A stretch of 63,744 nucleotides of DNA, filler included, from Octopus bimaculoides (Eukaryota): NCBI RefSeq assembly GCF_001194135.2. It is 6 parts of 6 records of this genome, joined end to end, with 100 filler letters (N's around TTAATTAATTAA, not from the genome) between each part and the next. Parts side by side here need not be neighbours in the genome. Positions count along the whole stretch, not along the records: positions 26,808 to 38,924 come from NC_068993.1; positions 39,025 to 50,653 come from NW_026305584.1; 4 more parts are not named here. One strand, 5' to 3'. The first letter of the stretch is position 1; every line of letters starts with the position of its first letter. The translations under genes and the position numbers were made by a program. Below the pieces are notes generated by a model. The model saw only the letters and a program-made list of their open reading frames with translations. It was not told the DNA's origin and made no database searches. Of the stretch, positions 35,063-48,580 are shown one piece after another.

Positions 35063-35551
35063 GCAGAGAGAAATGAACATAAAAACGGTAAGGGAAAAGT
35101 AGTTGTGTACATTCAAATATGTGTTTGTAGGTATCTGTTGATACGTGTATATGTATGTGCGTGTATGTCTATGGCAATAAATGTGTGCTTATTACGTGAA
35201 AATCTTTTGTCAATACGTATATGTGTGTGAAATTGTGGGTGTGTTGTGTATATTTATTTGTCGATGTGTGTATGCATTTATATTCTTATATAGCTTTTAT
35301 CTGTGAGCGAATGTGAATGCGTGTGAGTGTGGGTGTAGATGTGTGTGTGTAAGTGTGTGAATGCGTGTGTGCATGTATCTCTGAATCAGTGAGTTCACGC
35401 GTGCTCGCAATTGTGTGTGTGTGTGTATGAGTGTGTGTGTGTGTATGTGTGTGTGCTGCATGTGTGTGTATGTGTGTGTATGTGAGAGCAAATCTATGCG
35501 TCTGTGGTAATAAAGAGAGAGCAACAGATCTATCTATCTATGTATCTATCT

Positions 35552-35613
<62 letters not shown>

Positions 35614-36369
35614 NNNNNNNNNNNNNNNNNNNNNNNNNNNNNNNNNNNNNNNNNNNNNNNNNNNNNNNNNNNNNNNNNNNNNNNNNNNNNNNNNNNNNNN
35701 NNNNNNNNNNNNNNNNNNNNNNNNNNNNNNNNNNNNNNNNNNNNNNNNNNNNNNNNNNNNNNNNNNNNNNNNNNNNNNNNNNNNNNNNNNNNNNNNNNNN
35801 NNNNNNNNNNNNNNNNNNNNNNNNNNNNNNNNNNNNNNNNNNNNNNNNNNNNNNNNNNNNNNNNNNNNNNNNNNNNNNNNNNNNNNNNNNNNNNNNNNNN
35901 NNNNNNNNNNNNNNNNNNNNNNNNNNNNNNNNNNNNNNNNNNNNNNNNNNNNNNNNNNNNNNNNNNNNNNNNNNNNNNNNNNNNNNNNNNNNNNNNNNNN
36001 NNNNNNNNNNNNNNNNNNNNNNNNNNNNNNNNNNNNNNNNNNNNNNNNNNNNNNNNNNNNNNNNNNNNNNNNNNNNNNNNNNNNNNNNNNNNNNNNNNNN
36101 NNNNNNNNNNNNNNNNNNNNNNNNNNNNNNNNNNNNNNNNNNNNNNNNNNNNNNNNNNNNNNNNNNNNNNNNNNNNNNNNNNNNNNNNNNNNNNNNNNNN
36201 NNNNNNNNNNNNNNNNNNNNNNNNNNNNNNNNNNNNNNNNNNNNNNNNNNNNNNNNNNNNNNNNNNNNNNNNNNNNNNNNNNNNNNNNNNNNNNNNNNNN
36301 NNNNNNNNNNNNNNNNNNNNNNNNNNNNNNNNNNNNNNNNNNNNNNNNNNNNNNNNNNNNNNNNNNNNN

Positions 36370-36407
<38 letters not shown>

Positions 36408-37140
36408 TAGAGTTTCATACACGATGTTGTCCATATAGTCGTTGATGATGATGACGATGACGATGATGATGATGGTAATGATGGTGATGATGATGATGAT
36501 GATGATGATGATGACGACGACGACGACGATGATGATGATGATGATGACAATGATGATTATGATGACGATAATGATGTTTATGCTGATGGTGATGGTGGCG
36601 GTGTTGGCGTTTAACCACAGGCAAAGCCCTCACCCGAGTAGACTTATCATTAAAGGTCATTCAGCAGAAGTACTTGTTTTATTTTACTGCTTTATTGTTT
36701 TTTTTCTTTTCTTTCTTATAACTTTTTTGTTTTTCTCTTTCCGTATTTAAAAAACAAAAAAAAAACAAAAAAAATGATAGGGTTATATTAGAAGATTTAG
36801 CTGATATTTCTAGTAAACTGTTTGGCTGTGTATGGACGTAGTGGCAATCTTTTCTCGAGAATCCAGCATTCACTAATCATATAAGTTACACATATACATA
36901 CATACGCACGTGTTTGTCAGCGCGCGATCTGTATGAACATATGAACGTACGTGTGTGTACATACATACGCGCCCGTACACGCACACACACAAAACACACA
37001 CACATATATATAGTACACAGGTATATGTGTATGTATAAATATATACTCTATTATAGTATTGTGTTTATAAGAATAAAATACCCACTTAATTACAGTATAT
37101 ATGCGAGTATCTGTTTTTTGTGATTCATGGATTTTAAACA

Positions 37141-37183
<43 letters not shown>

Positions 37184-37741
37184 ATGCGTGTATGTGTACA
37201 TACATATACATGCATATACATACATATATACATACACATATATGGATGGTTAAATACATAGACTGAGAGATAGCAAGCTAGCTAGTTATATATATATATA
37301 TATATATATATCGATAGATAGATTGATCGATATATATNNNNNNNNNNNNNNNNNNNNNNNNNNNNNNNNNNNNNNNNNNNNNNNNNNNNNNNNNNNNNNN
37401 NNNNNNNNNNNNNNNNNNNNNNNNNNNNNNNNNNNNNNNNNNNNNNNNNNNNNNNNNNNNNNNNNNNNNNNNNNNNNNNNNNNNNNNNNNNNNNNNNNNN
37501 NNNNNNNNNNNNNNNNNNNNNNNNNNNNNNNNNNNNNNNNNNNNNNGATAGGCAGACAGACAGACAGACAGATAGGCAGGCAGATAGATAGATACATACA
37601 TACATACATACATACATACATACATACATACATACATAGATGCTTTCTTTGAGGTTTATTTAAGTTCTTCAAGAAAGTCGCTAACAAAGTGACAAGACCC
37701 TTTGAATTAAAACAGTTCCGGGTGTTTGTAAATATGTGGTT

Positions 37742-37782
<41 letters not shown>

Positions 37783-38893
37783 ATATATGTAGGTGTACGC
37801 ACCTGCAATTATGCTTTGTGTGAATTTGTCTCATTAGTACTAAGATGTTTGTGTGTGCATGTGTATTATTACATTTTACATATGCGTTTTTGTCGTTGCA
37901 CACAACCAAGTGTGTGAAAATGTTCATCTAAAGATTAATGTATGTATAAATGACAGTGTGGTTTAATATAGCGTCTCGTTAGCAGACGGACTTTGGGTTC
38001 AACCCCGTTGCTCTACACTGATTGAAATTCTCCCGAAGGGAAAGATCAGGGCAAACCGATGCCAATGCTTTGGGAATAAATTTAGCTGACGTAAACTGTT
38101 CGAAAACCTTCGTGTACTGAGTTCTGTTTGCACTATTTGTTCCACTAAATATATACATACGTGCGTACACACCTACAGGTAAACACACACACACACACAC
38201 ATAAAACATATATATATGTATATATGTGTTATATGTATATACATACATTCCCATGCTTACATATATACATACATTCATACAGACACACACACACACACAT
38301 ATTTATATGACAGTACTTACAGATACGCACAGATATGTATGCACGCACACATGTACGATTGTGTTTGAGTGTGTATGTGCGAGTGTTTGTGTGTGTATGT
38401 GTATGTGTATCACTCACGCACACACGCATAAAGCCTCAAACGCATATATATATATATATATATCTAGAAATGTATATCAAACATGTGTATATACGTATCA
38501 CACATGCGTGTATACACATATTGACACATACTTATCTATTTTCACATCCAAACAAAAAATTAAAACTTATATACGCATACATAAGTGCATAGACGCCCAT
38601 GCAAGCACATAAACAGATACGTACACAGACACACACAGACACACACACACACACAGACACACGCTCAACAACAGACAGCACACACGCCCACACCCACACA
38701 CACAAGCGCTCACGCGCATGTATATATAACACCACCCATGTATTCATAAACATATCGCCCCTTGATTTCTGAATGGATACATTTTTCCTTATTGACGGTG
38801 AGTGGGAAGTGGGGTTGGAAGTTTTTTTGTGAATCGCTGCTCCCTGTTAATCCTCGGTGTATGTATGTGCGTCCCAGTGTGTGTGTGTCTATG

Positions 38894-38924
<31 letters not shown>

Positions 38925-39057
38925 NNNNNNNNNNNNNNNNNNNNNNNNNNNNNNNNNNNNNNNNNNNNTTAATTAATTAANNNNNNNNNNNNNNNNNNNN
39001 NNNNNNNNNNNNNNNNNNNNNNNNGGGTTGTACCCCCAACCCCTAACTCTCTCACGG

Positions 39058-39088
<31 letters not shown>

Positions 39089-40234
39089 GTTAAAAGCTAT
39101 ATGATAGAAGGGTTTGAGCAACTATTTAAATTAAAGAGTTTTGGCATTTTGCTATCAAAATAATTTTCTTTTTAAATGTGAAGTCACAATTGAAAAAGAG
39201 CTAAACATTGTGTAAAGCACAAACTAATTTTTTATTACTTTCTTTCATCTTAAAGAACATACACATATATTCAGATGATTAATTTTCATCACAACACTGT
39301 TTATATGAACATTACTGTTGTTGTTTTTATTAGTATTGTTATTATTATTAGTTTAACAAATTATCAGATAGTTATTTTGTTTCCATACATTTTTTAAAAT
39401 AATTTTCAAATGATACCATGTTTTTTTTCTTCTTTTTGTTTGTAGTCATTGTTAAAACATATTTAAAAATTTTTGCAGTTGATAATTTGAACAATTTTTA
39501 TTTTTTCTTTCTTTTTGATATATATATATATATATATTTTCTCTCTCTAAGCAACAGGAAAAAAGAAAAGATGACTGCAATATTTTCATCAAAACATGCG
39601 CACAAATTACAAACACACACACGCAGTCACACAAAATATATTGAAAGCAAATTTTTCCTATTGCACATGTCACATTATATATATGTATATATATATATAT
39701 ATAAGTTTTAATTAGTAAAAAGAAGATGAGATCTTAATTGTTATGTTACTTGAAGAATATACCAACACAGTGAATATGTGGAGGTGGTAGTGGTGTTTGG
39801 AGAAGGGAAACGGAAAAATAATAAATAAATTCAACCTCCCCACCCACGCCCATCAACAAGCAACATTAAGTTAGATAAAATATTTATCAAACAATAATAA
39901 TAATGATAATAATAATAATAATCCACTTTACTAATTTGTTTCTAATGTAGGCAGAAAGTTTCAAATTTTTTATTTCTTTTTTAAGGAAAAGAGTACTGGT
40001 CATATTGATGTACTCCTTCCTCCCCCACCTCCTATTCCCTCAGTATTTCACTGGTATTCATTTTATCGCAACTCCTCACACCTCCAGAAGTATAAAAAAA
40101 ACAAAAAACAAAGAAAGGCAGAGTTAACCCCCTAGGCAGGATTTGAAGACAGAACATTAAAAGTGATAGTGGTTAAACACCACGATGCATTTTGTCCAGC
40201 ACTCTAAGTCAGCTAATCCGCTGCCATCACAAGC

Positions 40235-40265
<31 letters not shown>

Positions 40266-40957
40266 GTAATAATAATAACATTAATGGTTTCAAATTTTGG
40301 CACAAGGCCAGCAGTTCCTGGGAGGTAGGCAGGTCAATTACATCGACCCCAGTGCTCAACTGGTGCTCATTTTATCAACCCTGAATGGATGAAAAGCAAA
40401 GTCAACCTTGGCAGAATTTGAACTCAGAATGTCATGACAGGCGAAATGCCACAAAGCTTTTTGCCTGGCATGCTAACAGTTCTGCCACCTTGCCTTAATA
40501 ATAATAATAACAATAATAATAATAATAATCTCTAACATAGGCACAAGTCTACAGATTCTGGGACAGAAGGAGAGGTTTGTCAATTAAATCAACCCCCAGG
40601 ACTTGAACAATGCTTCATTCTATCAATCCAAAATAGATGAAAGGCAAAGTCAGTATATATTTTGCTTCTTTTTTGCCTTTTTAATCCTTTTCTTTTTTTT
40701 TTTCTTGATATTATGTGGAGTAAAAGCAAAAATGTTTTGTGTTTGAAATTGAGGAACACGTACATAAATCCAAACTGAGAAACTTGTATTAACTTCAATG
40801 TAAAATCATATCATATTGCCAACTGTGAGCTTTGAATCTACAACACACAGTTCTTAAAGGGAAACTTGTTATATATGCCATATGTATTGCTCATCTCATG
40901 ATAATGAGCACATATATACACACATAAAATTAAATATGTTTGTATATGTGCTTGTTT

Positions 40958-41011
<54 letters not shown>

Positions 41012-41169
41012 NNNNNNNNNNAGAAAGTCCTTATGTTACTTATGTGAACAGGTGGGATATATATATATATATATATATATATGGGAGAATATACAAATAA
41101 CAACAGACGAGGACAGGTGGTGTAAATAACAAAAGGATATATTAGTATGATGCTCGGGAATACGGGAAG

Positions 41170-41206
41170 TCTTTGACGTTTCGAGCTACGCTCTTCAACA
41201 GAAAGA
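41170..41206 (-). ncRNA. Minimal type I hammerhead ribozyme motif (one core substitution) in a probable Penelope-like LTR remnant (about 41090-41270)
   Basis: Minus strand 5'-UCUUU CUGUUGA A GAGC GUA GCUC GAA ACGU C AAAGA-3'. Stem I UCUUU/AAAGA, stem II GAGC/GCUC, palindromic stem III ACGU, and a UC cleavage triplet end. The core reads CUGUUGA instead of CUGANGA. Confidence 0.55.
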
Positions 41207-41532
41207 ATACGGAGACAAGGAGAAAAACACGGAGAAAAAAAATTGAATAGTGTTCAGTCAACGGTCAATCATAATAATGTATATATATAAATTGAAGCCA
41301 CCTTAAAGAATCATCAAATTACTGCAAAGTCCTGATATTGTTCTTTCCTAAGCATGTTGCTTTTTATCTCACCCTTCTTCCTTTCAAGTACATATGTTGC
41401 TAACATGAAACCTAAGGTTCCAGAATAATTTGAATTTAATTTCATTAAAGATTTTGAACTCTATCTTCCAGTAATGAGTGCTGTTTCATTTCAGTTCATT
41501 GCAATTAAGATTTATATATGTCTGTACATACT

Positions 41533-41586
<54 letters not shown>

Positions 41587-41743
41587 CATACATATATCAT
41601 CATATATATACACATGCACACATACATACATACATCTGAAAAATCATGTCTTTGGTGCTTTGCCCACATGTGCAAAAATATTTTGCAGTGTTAATAAGAT
41701 TAGTGAATGGATTTGAGTTAGGAAAAATACACACACATTACAT

Positions 41744-41811
<68 letters not shown>

Positions 41812-42012
41812 CCACACATGCATATTAGTGAGAACACTATTTTGAAATAAAAAAAAAAACTAAGAGTAATGTAATGAAATAAAAATAAATGCAAACAAAT
41901 ATTATCATAAATTACATGTCACTCAATAATAATCTCAAACAATTTTCCTTTAGTCTTCATTAGCTAATGCAATTATGTGTTCCTATCATCACCATAAAAA
42001 AAATAATTGTTG

Positions 42013-42047
<35 letters not shown>

Positions 42048-42402
42048 GTTATTATTATTGTTATTATTATCATCATCATTATCAGTGTTAGAAATCATTA
42101 TTATTTATTTATATATAGTTATTGTTATTATGATAATTGTTATTTTTTAATTCAAGTTCTTTAGTTATTTTTATTTATTGAGAAAAAAAATTTTTTTTCA
42201 GCCATCCCAGCTGAAATCCAGATTTCACAAATTTATTTTTTGGTTTCTCACATTTCTTTATGCCTCCCAATTCTTTAAATATTTACTCTCCTCTTTTCTC
42301 TTGTCTCTGAAGTCAGGAGTGACCAAGCCTGCTTTGAACCATGGATATGAAGACTAGACAGAGTAATGGGTGGGGTATAAAGTGAGATATATATATATAT
42401 AC

Positions 42403-42477
<75 letters not shown>

Positions 42478-42960
42478 CATATACATACACACATAAAAGG
42501 AGATTGAATCAGGTGTCTGAGGTAGAAACCTTAGGATACAAGTTTTTCACACTTTTTTTAAGGAAGTGGGAGTAAAGGGGAGGTAAGTTTTTGTTAGACA
42601 GCACAAGATGTGAAGAAAAATGGAGAAACACTCTGTTAATTGTAGCATATTTCACAAACAAGAAAAGTTCTACAGTTATACTCACACTTCACATGGATAA
42701 AAATGAAGTTCCACTACACACTCACATATACACGTGTGCATGTATGTGTGCATGCACACACACACACATACACACATATATATATATATGAAGAGAGTGA
42801 CATCTTTTCTTTGCTGCTCAGTAACTAGCAATGGCCATACTCATTATTAAGCTGAGTACCACATACATGTGTGTGTGTGAACGGGCGAGTATGAGTGCAT
42901 GCACATGTGTGTATATACATACACGCACACATGTATGTATGTGGATGTAAAATAAATATA

Positions 42961-43004
<44 letters not shown>

Positions 43005-43308
43005 CGTGTGTGTATGTGTGTGTGTACTGTTTGTTTTCACGTGGTAAATGTTTTATAGAAGCATGGATAGTTCTGTCTTATTTTTTTCACCCTCTCTCTC
43101 TTGAAATGAAAGCAATATGGACAATTTCCAAAACAAAGGGGTTAAAAAAAAATCATCTTTGTAACATTACATGATACATATTGCTGGAGAGTGGGGAATG
43201 GGGTGAGGAAAGGCCACTGAGCAGCATTGTTTCATCCTGACCCATGAACGAAAAAAATGTCAATGTACTTTCTTCATAGTTACTTTGTCCTGTTCTCAGT
43301 GATTTCAA

Positions 43309-43361
<53 letters not shown>

Positions 43362-43644
43362 CATTACTATTATTATTATAGTATCATTATTATTATTATC
43401 ATCATTGTTGTTGTTTTGTTAGTGGTGTTTTTTTTCATAGTTGCAGCAAATCCTGTTTTGTGGGTGTTTATTATTATCATTGTTTTGTTTTTCATTTGTT
43501 TATTTATTTATTATTTTTTTTATGAATCAAATAATTTAGATGACCCTTTTAAACAAGATCTTCACTGTTGTAAAAAAAAAAAAACAAAAGAAAAAAATTT
43601 CATGCAAAGTGTTGTCATATTTTTGGGTTTATTTTGTTGTTGAT

Positions 43645-43680
<36 letters not shown>

Positions 43681-44138
43681 GATTATTATTATTTTTAGTT
43701 TTAGCATGGAGAATAAAAATAAGTTTAATGACAGAATATTCTTTCTTTTGTTTGCATCTTTTTTTTTTTTTTTAAATAATTTTAAATTTTTTTTATATAT
43801 TTATATTATGTATGGAAGTAATTTTGTAAAAATGGATGGGAGAAGGTGGTTACTGAGTGTCTTTTTGCTGTTCTTTTTCTTTATTCCTTTTTTTGTTCTT
43901 TCCATAATTCATATAATTCTTAAATAATACCAATTTCATCACACTTGTAGAGAGGGAACAGCAATCTGTAGCACAGCAGCCAAAACATTAAAGTAAGTCG
44001 TTTGGCTTGATCAAATGCACAGTGGAGGCAGCAAAGTCAGCCAGTGAAATGTAGCAGTTTTTACAGCGCATGTCTCATCGTTTGTCTTCCTTTTGTTTTT
44101 GTATAATAAAAACAATCAGGTGGCCCACTTTAGATAAT

Positions 44139-44515
44139 TTAGAAAGCCTCAATGTAACAATAGCTCATTAAACTGGTCAGCAAGATGTATATGACCCAGA
44201 ACGTGACAAAAATGCAAGATGCCAGATGTCTGTAGATAGGAGGCCCGCCCAACTCACCTCCAACCTTCTTGTGTCTCCGTAACACGAGAATGAGAGTTGT
44301 GAAGAAAGCAAAGACACAGAAGACTGTGACAGAGAATGCCAAGGTTCCTGGATGGACACGGAACACTGATCCATTGGCAGCATGGTAAATAGCTGCAATA
44401 CTCCAGGCAATACCAATTCCAAGGAATACGTTGACAGCATTGCTGCCTGTAACATTACCAATTGAGGAATCTGCATATTTGTCATTTACAGCAGCTACTT
44501 TACTGGCAAAAGTAT
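44139..44515 (-). CDS. SLC8A (NCX): SLC8/NCX Na+/Ca2+ exchanger last exon (377 bp): (D)TFASKVAAVNDKYADSSIGNVTGSNAVNVFLGIG...GGELGGP...YCYIEAF*
   Basis: Acceptor tttaattgtAG at 44517-44516. Contains the second half of the alpha-2 repeat, the RR...GGELGGP motif and the final TM segments. TAA at 44141-44139. Confidence 0.97.
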
Positions 44516-44834
44516 CTACAATTAAAAAGAACATATATGAATATCATAATTAACAGAAATGAGATAGTTTTAATTACATAAAAGTGATGATTGTGATAAA
44601 TTGGTAACAATTACAAGAAATGCTTGATATTTACAAGAATGTGATTAAGTTACACAAGAAAATAGTGATTTGACAAAAAACAATACAAAAATAGACAGAA
44701 AGAGAGGAGAACGAGGAAAGGGTCTTTGCTGGAAATTTTTAACCATGAATTTTCTTGATTAATGTTGGCCGGGGACTAAGTGACAACAAAATAATGCCTA
44801 TTGCTTTAATAAAACCAATTCCAGTGTCTTTATC

Positions 44835-45410
44835 TTTTACATGTTTGTCACTGAATCCTGGCCATGCTGGAGCACTGCTTTGAAGGGTTTAATAGAAAAA
44901 ACTGACCCCAATACTTAGTTTCAAAGTCTGGTACTTGTTCCATCAGTCTCTTTTGCTGAATTGCTGAGTTACAGAGACAAAAACAAACCAACACTTGTCA
45001 AGAGGTAGGCAGCATAGCAATGCACACACACACAGTGGGCTTCCACACAGTTTCAACGGACCAAATTTATTCACAAGGCATTGGTTGGCCTAAAAGGGGT
45101 AAAGACCCATTCTGGTCATAAATGCCCATAGGATTGCACCGAGAAAGTTCCCCTCTGAGGCACAAGTCTGGGCAAAGTTGTTTATGGAAGACTAGCAACC
45201 GCCCATGCATACCAGCCTCCCCTCTTCATGCCACTGATGTTACCCAAGGGAAAGACAAAGGCCAATACAGCTTGGTACCAGTGACATCACAACTCATTTA
45301 TACCGTGAACTAGAACCACATGAAATAAAGTGTTTGCTCAAGAACACAACATGCAACTCAATCTGGTTGGCCAAGAGCTATAATAAAAGATACTTGCTCA
45401 TTAAAAAAGA
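44835..45410. mobile_element. Family A 3' module and core plus a family C SINE body in an NCX intron
   Basis: GGCCATGCTGGAGCACTG and GTACTTGTTCCATCAGTCTCTTTTGCTGAA. The stretch 45160-45355 aligns with 50325-50525 (GCACAAGTC.G.GCAA.GTTGTT.ATGGAAG...CCCATGCATACCAG...GTGAAATAAAGTG). Confidence 0.7.
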
Positions 45411-45621
45411 GAGAAAAACTGAACCCACCTTAATTCTAAAATATGTAAAATATGAGCAATGCTGTGACACATTTCACAGACATATATAAATCCTCAAATT
45501 TGCTCACGGACACAAACAATCTTTGAATGATACAAACAAGGTTATATGACAGAAATAATATTAATAAGGAACACTCAGTATGATGTAAGTAGAATTTTTT
45601 TAAAAACTGTAAAAACATTAC

Positions 45622-45780
45622 CTGGGACACTGGTGCCCAAAGCTACAAAGGAAACGGCAGTTACAGCATCTTTCAAACCTATCGTGCAGCCAAAATGACT
45701 GGCAAAATCACCGATGAAGGCAGTCAAAACACCAATGAGGCTGATGCTTACCGTAAAACATGCCCAACCACCCCAGTATT
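45622..45780 (-). CDS. SLC8A (NCX): NCX penultimate exon (159 bp): (E)YWGGWACFTVSISLIGVLTAFIGDFASHFGCTIGLKDAVTAVSFVALGTSVP(D)
   Basis: Acceptor ttcttttgcAG at 45782-45781 and donor G|GTAATG at 45621. Joins to give the alpha-2 motif GTSVPDTFAS. Confidence 0.97.
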
Positions 45781-46720
45781 CTGCAAAAGAAATGAAAAAA
45801 ATTTTCAAAAATGCAAATACGTAAAAAAGCTTTTATACATTTCAAATTATGGCAATTTTGAAAGAAACATAGATGGAATCACTGGAACTAATTTAATCTG
45901 ACTTCTAGTAACCTTGTAGAACGACAATATTTGATAAATCTTCTCTGGCATATTACAGAAATGGTTTGTCATGTGCCTTGCTCACAAGTTCAATATTATC
46001 TGACAGAACTAATTCATCTCGGTGTCTATTAAAAGCTAGGTAAAATGGGTTATGGGCAATATTGAGTTTTGAACCACAGCCACTGGTACAATGTAAGACT
46101 CTGAGCTGAACATGAACCCCTTGCCTTTTAGCTGGATGTCCAGTAACCTGTCTATTAGATATTCTATAATCTAAGTCCTTCCAATGAGCTACACAGAGTT
46201 TTCATCAACTGAATTTCATTCACAAGGCTTTGGTTGACCTTTTAGCATTCGGATTACTTTGTTAAATGCTATGCTTATTCATTCATATCAATTTGTACTA
46301 ATCATGCATTATCTCATAGCTTTGAAGTTTCAATGATAACATTGATTATTTTTAGAATGTCAATCTTGGGAAGATGTAAGAGGCTTGATATGGCTAGTCT
46401 GAACATAAAAGAGATAGACTATTTGGGCCAGTTATGGTTGGTTTAAATGCTAAAGGGTTGATCATGTCTGAACCAATATACACATACATCATTCATTGAA
46501 AACAGGAGTTACATGAGAGCACCTTCAAATTTCATGCTTAGATAGTGTAGTAATTGCACAAATGGCAAGCATTCAGGCTCAAATCACAGAACTACATTGT
46601 GAGGAAATATTTAAAAGTGTTTTTAAAAAAACACTCTAAGGGAGAAGGGAGACAATTCCCTTCATGAAATTTAAGTTATGCCCCTTTAACGCAATAAAGA
46701 ATATCGTTATTGTTGACTGT

Positions 46721-46830
46721 TTAACCTTTAGTACACCGTATTTTCTCAAGAATTGTTTCCCCTGTCAGTGTCCTATTACTATAGGGGAGAAAATTCATAC
46801 ATGATGTACCTAGAGTGTGCTAAAGGTTAA
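46721..46830. mobile_element. Short TTAA-flanked MITE
   Basis: TTAA|CCTTTAGTACAC ... GTGTGCTAAAGG|TTAA. Confidence 0.6.
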
Positions 46831-47275
46831 TATACTTAATGTCCTTTAATTTGCTGTCATCTGAAAAAAAAAAAAAACTAGGTGCAGCAGTAATTGAATG
46901 GGGGAAAGGCTGAAGTGCATTAAAACTGTTTGTTAAATCTGGTTAGGCAGGGGTGTGTCTTCCAGTTTGGTAATAAACATTTGTTTAGATGCATATGTCT
47001 TGTAAAGATCTTTGACCTCAAGATTATTTAGGAGGTCAGTGCTGTTCCTTGATCTAATAAGGATGTGTATCCTTTCCACTGTAAAGAGCAGTACACAATG
47101 TATGTGACTGAGTCCACTAAATAATGAATATTTGAAAATAACTTCATCAAGAATATATAACAGAATTACAGTCAGTAAAAAAGAAAAAAGTCAGTGCGTT
47201 CATTCATGAACGTGTTAGCTAGAATTGTAAGAAATAGCAGCTAAATATCCTTAAAAACTCTCCAAGCCTACTACC

Positions 47276-47479
47276 TTAACCCTTTAGCTTTTAAACCAGC
47301 TATATCCAGTCCAAATATTCTATGTTTTAAGTTCAAACCCACCAGATCTGGCCTATCACACCTACTTTACAATGTCATTCATATTCGAAATCTTGAAGCT
47401 GCAAGATAATACATGCTTAATTCAAACAATGTGAATAAACATAATATTGGACATAGTAATCTAAATGGTAAAGGGTTAA
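47276..47479. mobile_element. TTAA-flanked piggyBac-like MITE
   Basis: TTAA|CCCTTTAGCTTTTA ... TAAATGGTAAAGGG|TTAA. A decayed relative lies at about 46240-46460. Confidence 0.7.
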
Positions 47480-47988
47480 AAAAAAAAGAGCATTTTGGAC
47501 AATGTTACCCAAGATGCCCATCCTATCACCAACCACTTTACTAATATATAGAGTGAGAAGGTGAATAGAAAACAATGACAGACGTGCTAGGAGGATTGGG
47601 CAGAGAGAGCAACAGTATATTGGTGGAAACAGTGTGGGGGTGGTGAGAAAGTAGTAAAGGGAGTGTGCAAGTGGTAAACAGTAGCTGAAATCATGTGAAA
47701 GAAGAATGAATCAGAGTTCAGTTTGGATGAGTTGCTAAGTCATATTTTTTGTTCCTGGTTTTCATCCATTTAAAGACTGACATCAGACACACACACAGGT
47801 ATGATTGTATATCCTAAACTTGATAAATTATTACATAAAAAGGGGAAAAAGAAATGATTTTTACTGAAACAGCCAGGTATGGAAAGTACAGTTAAATGAG
47901 AGCGGCTCACTCTAGATATATTTCATGTTCTCTAGCAACAAATTTCTCACCAAAACAAATAATACTTACTCATTGTTAATAGACTTAC

Positions 47989-48099
47989 CTGTTGGTGGTA
48001 CGAAAGCAAACAACACTTTCCAGAACAAGCAGACAAAATGCATGATGTAATCCATACAAGAAGGGAGTTTTTCTTCTTCACTATCGTCGTCATCATCTC
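47989..48099 (-). CDS. SLC8A (NCX): NCX exon (111 bp): (G)DDDDDSEEEKLPSCMDYIMHFVCLFWKVLFAFVPPT(E)
   Basis: Acceptor actgttttAG at 48101-48100 and donor ACA G|GTAAGT at 47988. Contains the LPSC.DY.MHF...FWKVLFAFVPPT signature. Too short for the ORF track. Confidence 0.96.
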
Positions 48100-48546
48100 C
48101 TAAAACAGTAACAACATTGTTCATTCACATGCACATACATATATACACACATAAGTATGTTCTTCATATATACCAATAAAATTAATGATTCACCAGAACA
48201 TCAGGTATATGTTTATTTAAAAAGGAAATATAAAATAAGAATATACCATAAAACAAAAGTTTATTCATTAAAATGTAAAGGCTGAGTGTGTGCATACACA
48301 AACATATATATGGAAGTAGAGTGGGGTACTATGGCCTCTTGGCTGAAACAGCTGTAAGATACTATCCTACTTTCTATGCTCTAAGTTATATATTTTAATA
48401 ATTACTGGTATTTTTATATATCATATATGTAAAGCATAATATGTTATACATGTATGTTTATTGTTATAATTGTTTTTAAATAAATAAATAGACATATGTC
48501 TAAAAGTTGATGAATACCACCTCTTGAGCCCCTCCATCTTATTGCC

Positions 48547-48580
<34 letters not shown>

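Larger units (their letters stand above)
26810..38990. repeat. Microsatellite-dominated region with many gaps: (TA)n, (CA)n, (TAGA)n, (TACA)n, (GAT)n at 36440-36600
   Basis: Directly visible. The long ORFs here are low-complexity translations across N runs. Confidence 0.9.

Noticed and set aside
36415-36750. Poly-His and poly-Met ORFs
   Set aside because: Translation of a (GAT/GAC)n trinucleotide tract, with no flanking coding signal.
27085-38750. Many long ORFs (up to 552 aa) rich in YI, CV, HT and X
   Set aside because: These are translations of (TA)n/(CA)n/(TG)n microsatellites and N gaps, with no domain content or splice support.
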